From contig CM074806.1 of the NCBI GenBank assembly GCA_037447605.1, positions 744,001 to 808,000 on the forward strand: a stretch of 64,000 nucleotides of DNA, in the 5' to 3' direction. This DNA is from Zygnema circumcarinatum SAG 698-1b. Taxonomy: Eukaryota; Plantae; Zygnematophyceae. Under the pieces are notes generated by a model. It was given only the letters and a program-made list of their open reading frames with translations. It was not told where the DNA came from and did not search any database. Positions within the stretch are counted from its first letter, which is position 1; each line of letters starts with the position of its first letter. The translations under genes were made by a program, and so were the position numbers. Below, one piece after another: positions 59,020 through 64,000 of this stretch.

Positions 59020-60405
59020 TGCTGCTCCGTGGAACGGTACAATAGTATTCGTTGGGGGGTTATGGCTTATTTTGTCTTGCAAATGGAGACAGTACCGACA
59101 AAGAATGGAAATTGAGCGCCAATTAGAAGTGGACTTTTTCGCAGTGTTCCTGCCGACAGGGAGTTGCAGGGATGTGAGCTGTTTGCGGAGAAAGGAATAA
59201 TCGAATTACTACGCTGCCCTGAAGCGGGTTTTTGAGAATACAAAGATTTTGACTTTGGAACCGTTTTTGGAAATTTGGCATGAAAAGAATGGGGGGAGGG
59301 TGGGGGGGTGGCGATGAAGGTGCTCCGCATAGTAGGGGCTTTCAGACTTCGAAAAGTTTTGCACTTACGGAACTCGAACGCGGTACATGCTTTCTGCAAA
59401 AATAGGTACTAATATGTCATAATATTTATCGTTGTTGGAATTTAAAAGAAGAGGTTCGTTGACTGACGGCTGTTACGTATCCACTTTCCGAGGTAGCTTA
59501 CCAAGATGAGGCCGCCTAGCGTGCCTGTAATCGTTGCTGCCAAAGTGCCCACAACAAAGTTCTGCTTTGCCGAACTGTTTGCCTGCAAAACGTTTCCTGA
59601 ATGAAAAAACGTCGAAGAAGATACAAAGAGAAATAGAATAGCTGCTGATTCTAATAGACCACTGTTCCAACGCATGCCGCTGGACGTCCTCTTCAAAACG
59701 TCAGTTTAGAATCACACAAAGCAATTTCACCTCCCTTTTTTGCAGAAGGACAGTAGTGCAGTGCGCAGTTAATAAAAAAAAAAGGGTTTCAGAATTTCAT
59801 GGCCTAATAAAAGTTGAGGGCTGTTGCCTACACATCCTCAGCCCTAAAAACCCCAGTATGGCTCGATTACACGGCAGATCAGCGAACATATGATTCATAA
59901 GTAAAGATTTAATTTGATGGAACAGAACCAATGCTAAAATTTTATGTGGTAACATCTGCCTTGCAAAGTCTCTATCCTCTAGCAAGACCGCTCAGAAGGG
60001 TCCTGTCACTCTGATCGACCAACATCTTGCAAAGACCTCGGTCCACCTGACCTTGGTCAAGAAAATGGTTAAAACTTATCCCCCTACGTGCGACATTAAA
60101 AACGTCAATTAGTCATAACTTTTTAAAATAAAAAAATAAAATGAAGAGCTGACTTCTTTTCCCGTGTAGCCTTCAAACCTGACACCGCTTTGAGTCAGCA
60201 ACAGGGGATCGGAGCACATAAAAAGCCATGTCATGCCGACATGACTAAATAAGTTCATAACTTCCCATACATCAAGCTTCCCCGCTCCTCCGAGTCAAGT
60301 CACATCACGTCACCATATGTCACACGCTGCATTCCAGTCAGCAGCGAACGCGTCCTTGAATCCACGTGGCTCTTTGGAGCTTCTACATTGGTTGCCTGCC
60401 GAAGG

Positions 60406-63400
60406 CTAGGGAGTGTCCCTCCACTTCTGAGACTGGCCAAAAAACCCTAAAACTGGTTCAGACCACGACGAGGAACGGCTGGACTGCGCTCCTGTTGGCA
60501 GCATACCGGCACCTGTGAAAGGGATGAGAAAGGAAAAGCCCGGCTCCAAAACGAGCTCCACAGGGGGTTCCACCTCATTCAAGTTGACCGGGGTCAACGA
60601 GGTCATCACATCGTCAAATTCGAAAGGGATGCTGCACACATCAAATCATGAGATGCATGCTCAGCGGCATCATGCGTGCTCGGAAACAGCGGGCCTTCTG
60701 GTGATCATGTGAGGGACAACACAAGCGTCAGAACATGGCAGCACACATAACGAAAACAAGGAAATGCACTCTAACTGACTGTGGAGGTGCATAGAACTGT
60801 GGTTGCTTTTCTTCGTCGACTTCATACCCATGATCGTCTTGTAGAAGAAGTGGCGAGTCTTCAGTCACGAGGGCCCACATGCTGTCTATGACAGGCGGTT
60901 CCACGCTTGTCGTGTCGTACTTGTCATCTTCATAACATAGGCAGAGGTGTACAAGCTGGTTCATGTTAAGGTTCGGGCACAACTCCTGAAAGTTCTGGGC
61001 CGTGAAAGTGGGCTTGCGTTCAAAGAGCTGCAAATTGTTCAGGAAACCCGTGAGTTATAGATCGTAGACAGAACATGGCATGCGGTTTAACTTGTGTTCG
61101 TATGGTGAACACAATGACATTTTCATCTCTCACAAATCATGGAGCACGTCCATCTACTATCTCGTTTGGTGCTCATATAGGAACGTGATTTACGGTCAAC
61201 GAAAGTTTAGGCATATACTCAAGAACGGACTGAAGGAAAATGGACGTTTTGGGGTTTGGGGTATTAAGGTTTTGGGGTTTTGGAAACCCACCAAGAAATC
61301 GACGGCATCAAGGACATGACATAGCTCGTCGGCGAGGGTTGACAAGTCAGAGTCGAGTTTATTCTGAAGCCATTCTTGCACCTTCTGAAGCCATTCGGTT
61401 ATCCTAACCAGGCCGCTACTTAGGATTTCCCCATTCCTGTATGTACAGGGGCACCACTGACTCGATGTCACAAGGCTGCACGGCTCACCCAGCACAAATT
61501 TCCAGTTAGCCACCTCCTCGTTTTCTTCCAAAACCAGCTGCAAATCTCCTGATATGCACACTCCATGCAGCGTGTCTGCTATGCCGAGTCATGAGCTTCT
61601 CATTACAAAAACGACGTCTGTTCCTTAGTACAAGTGGATACAATCATTCACTCCCTCTTGGAATATTCAACGCAAATGCCAGAAGGCTTGCAGGGAAGGG
61701 GGTTGGGTGTTGGAGGAAGGAGAGAGGGAGAGAGATAAGGACGATGAACTTAAACCACGTTAGGTCGTATCGATATCGAATCGTTATCGTATCGTTATCT
61801 GTATGCTCACCTATTGAAAACATTGATGTCAATGTATGATAACAGCTGCTTAAAGAGCTCATGGATAAGTAAGGGCGGCACATAATTGCGCTGCAGCGTA
61901 TCCAGAAGCTGCTGAAGGACATGCAGGATGTTTGCCCAGCTCCCGCTCGCCTGCTTGCGAGTTAGAGTTGCTGACTGCGGAATTCCTCTAAACGGTGACC
62001 CAGTTGTGCCTGTATTCCTATCGAGTTTGCTTGCTTGGTCCTGCATGTGCGAGAATCAGAAACTGTACCAATAAGAGAACATCTCATCTTCCCTGTTTAT
62101 CCAGATTTGAGGGTTATGGCAAAGTGTTCAGACGTTCGAATGCCGGAAGCAATTAATCAGATAAAGCGAATGAGATGAACTGAAATAATCGCAAAAGGAA
62201 AACTCACAGGTGTAGGCCCGCTCATGATCATCTGCAGCTCTGTCTTGATGCTATCTCGAATGCTCAGATAGAGACTGCCCATTAATATTCTTAGTTGGAG
62301 CTTGAACATCATGGCAGACACACGCTCTTCAGGTTCGTCTTGTTTGTTGAAGAAGGAGAAGCCATGGCCAGCCTTCGGCTTGGGTCTGTAGGTCTGCGCG
62401 AGCTGATATAGTACAACAGTGTTGCAGAGCCAGTATGCATGTACCGATGTGTTTCCATGACGATATGCTGACTGAAAGGTTTCTATCACTTGGTCGAACA
62501 GGTTTGTTCGGTCCGCTTCAAAAGCATCCCAGTACATGAGCGATTTGTAGAGGATGGAAGCAGCAACAGGGTGCCCGCTCGGGCTGAAACCCATGTTCTT
62601 ATCTTTACCGATCTCTTCGAGCAGGACAGCCTAAAGAATGCACAGACGCAAAAAAGCAAGGTAGTTAACAACACTAGCAACCCTAAAACCCAAAACCCAA
62701 GTGGCAAGTTCAATATCACAGTTAGTCACATCTCTCCTTGGAAAATGGAGTTCAAAGCCGACGGTGGTATACTCACTGCAACCACATGGTTTGGGAGTTC
62801 CGAGTGGTTTGGAGAAAGCTCTAGAACACGATTTCGAAGGACCTTCACCTCTCGTTCAAGACGCTCCTTTCTACAACCCCAACATTCCAGAAGAAGGAAC
62901 CCACACCACATTTTGAAAAGTTGAATGATGAATGTTGTTTCTCCCTAAAACCTGCCCTATTCAGCAGAAACCTCTGGTATAAACGTAGATCCAATCAACA
63001 GCAGAGAAAACTTGCTCCTTTACGGAAATTTATACCTTTCATAAGCACCAATGCGACTGCACCTGACCAAAAGAGCCGCGAAGACTACTTACCCAGCCAG
63101 CTTTTCTTGCATTGAAGCGATCTTCCCCTCCAGGCTGTGAATTTCTGAATCTTTGTTCAATAGCTGCTCTTCCATTGCTATTTTCAAATACTTCATCTCC
63201 TCCAGCTCTTTCGTTGCTGTTTCAGCCTTCTGCTCTGCCGCCTCCTTCGTCACAAGCAACACTCGATATTCCCCCTTCAGCTTGTGCAGCTGCTCCACCT
63301 CCTTCTGCATTCCATTCAGCAGCTTCTCGAACGCTTGTGGATTGGCTGCGGGCTGCTGTTGGGCCTCTGCCGCAAGAGCCCTCTCTAATTTCCCTTCCTT

Positions 63401-63812
63401 AACAGCGGGAGAAACTTCTACAGGACTACTGCGAATCTGCATAGTAGACCATTTTCGTAGGACCTTCTTTGCAGAAGCCACACTGCTAAGTGACAGCCGA
63501 GACAATTCAGGAGCTTGATTCCCCCTTGAAGTAGCACCGGCCGGAAGAGGTAGAGGTGCAGACTCCAATATGGGTACGGTGAGTCTCGATTGGGGATTTG
63601 CAAAAGGTGGGGTCACAGATGGAGGTGGAGAGAAAGGGTCTTTGGGTTGTCGAGGAAGAGTTGATACTTCTGTTACTGGGGGAGGAGGAGAGCTGTCAGA
63701 CTGTGCAGGTGGAACTACCACTACTGGAGGAGAGGAGAGGATGTCAGACTTAGCAAGAGGTGTAGGTGTTTCCTCTGAGGATTTAAGTGGCCCAGGTTCT
63801 GCTGCAGGTGCC
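60406..63812 (-). CDS. Myosin XI-type coiled coil plus globular tail (DIL domain); 5' part lies beyond the window
   Basis: LEREVKVLRNRVLELSP, MGFSPSGHPVAASILYKSLMYWDAFEADRTNLFD, AYWLCN, SWANILHVL...NYVPPLLIHELFKQLLSYIDINVFN|SL...NGE, LCPNLNMNQL...YEDDKYDTTSV and IPFEFDDV...EPP...GFSFL all align with the remembered plant myosin XI tail. Confidence 0.8.
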
Positions 63813-64000
63813 TGTCAAAAATGTGTTTAGGAAAAAAAAAAAATCGAACTCAGTTTAAGGCTGTGGCAAAAACTTAAGGGCAGCAGCTGGAGAGTGTCTC
63901 GCTCGTATTTTCAGGCAGACCAATATTCAAGTTCGAGAGGCCACTCCGAGATGCCCAGTTCGTATTCACTCGTCTCTTTAGAGTAAACAAAAGGAATTCA

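Overview
Intron-rich, microsatellite-rich nuclear DNA from a streptophyte alga (a Zygnematophyceae-like assignment is an inference), with two 10-N scaffold gaps. I reconstructed spliced genes by hand from GT-AG sites and reading-frame continuity. In order: a 5'-truncated, catalytically atypical DNA polymerase delta paralog (+); a CemA-like DLDG1 plastid envelope protein (+); a small unknown plastid-type protein (+); an LRR-EGF-Pro-rich surface protein with a GPI-like tail (+); a UPF0728/C10orf53-like small protein (-); Elongator ELP1 (-); a frameshifted single-exon SufS/NFS2 fragment (+); an 18-exon gene fusing a DUF4395-like CxxC membrane module, a TDT/SLAC1/TehA anion-channel domain and a C-terminal hemerythrin-like domain (-); phototropin (-); GluTR-binding protein GBP/PGR7 (+; its 5' end is duplicated across a gap, probably an assembly artefact); and the tail of a divergent myosin XI-like protein (-). 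The best candidate for an undescribed system is the DUF4395-SLAC1-hemerythrin channel, a putative iron/O2/redox-sensing anion channel. The second is the proofreading-degenerate Pol delta paralog with a YAQTDS motif C. Most short ORFs in the supplied track are low-complexity or antisense artefacts. Family assignments come from remembered motifs, not database searches.
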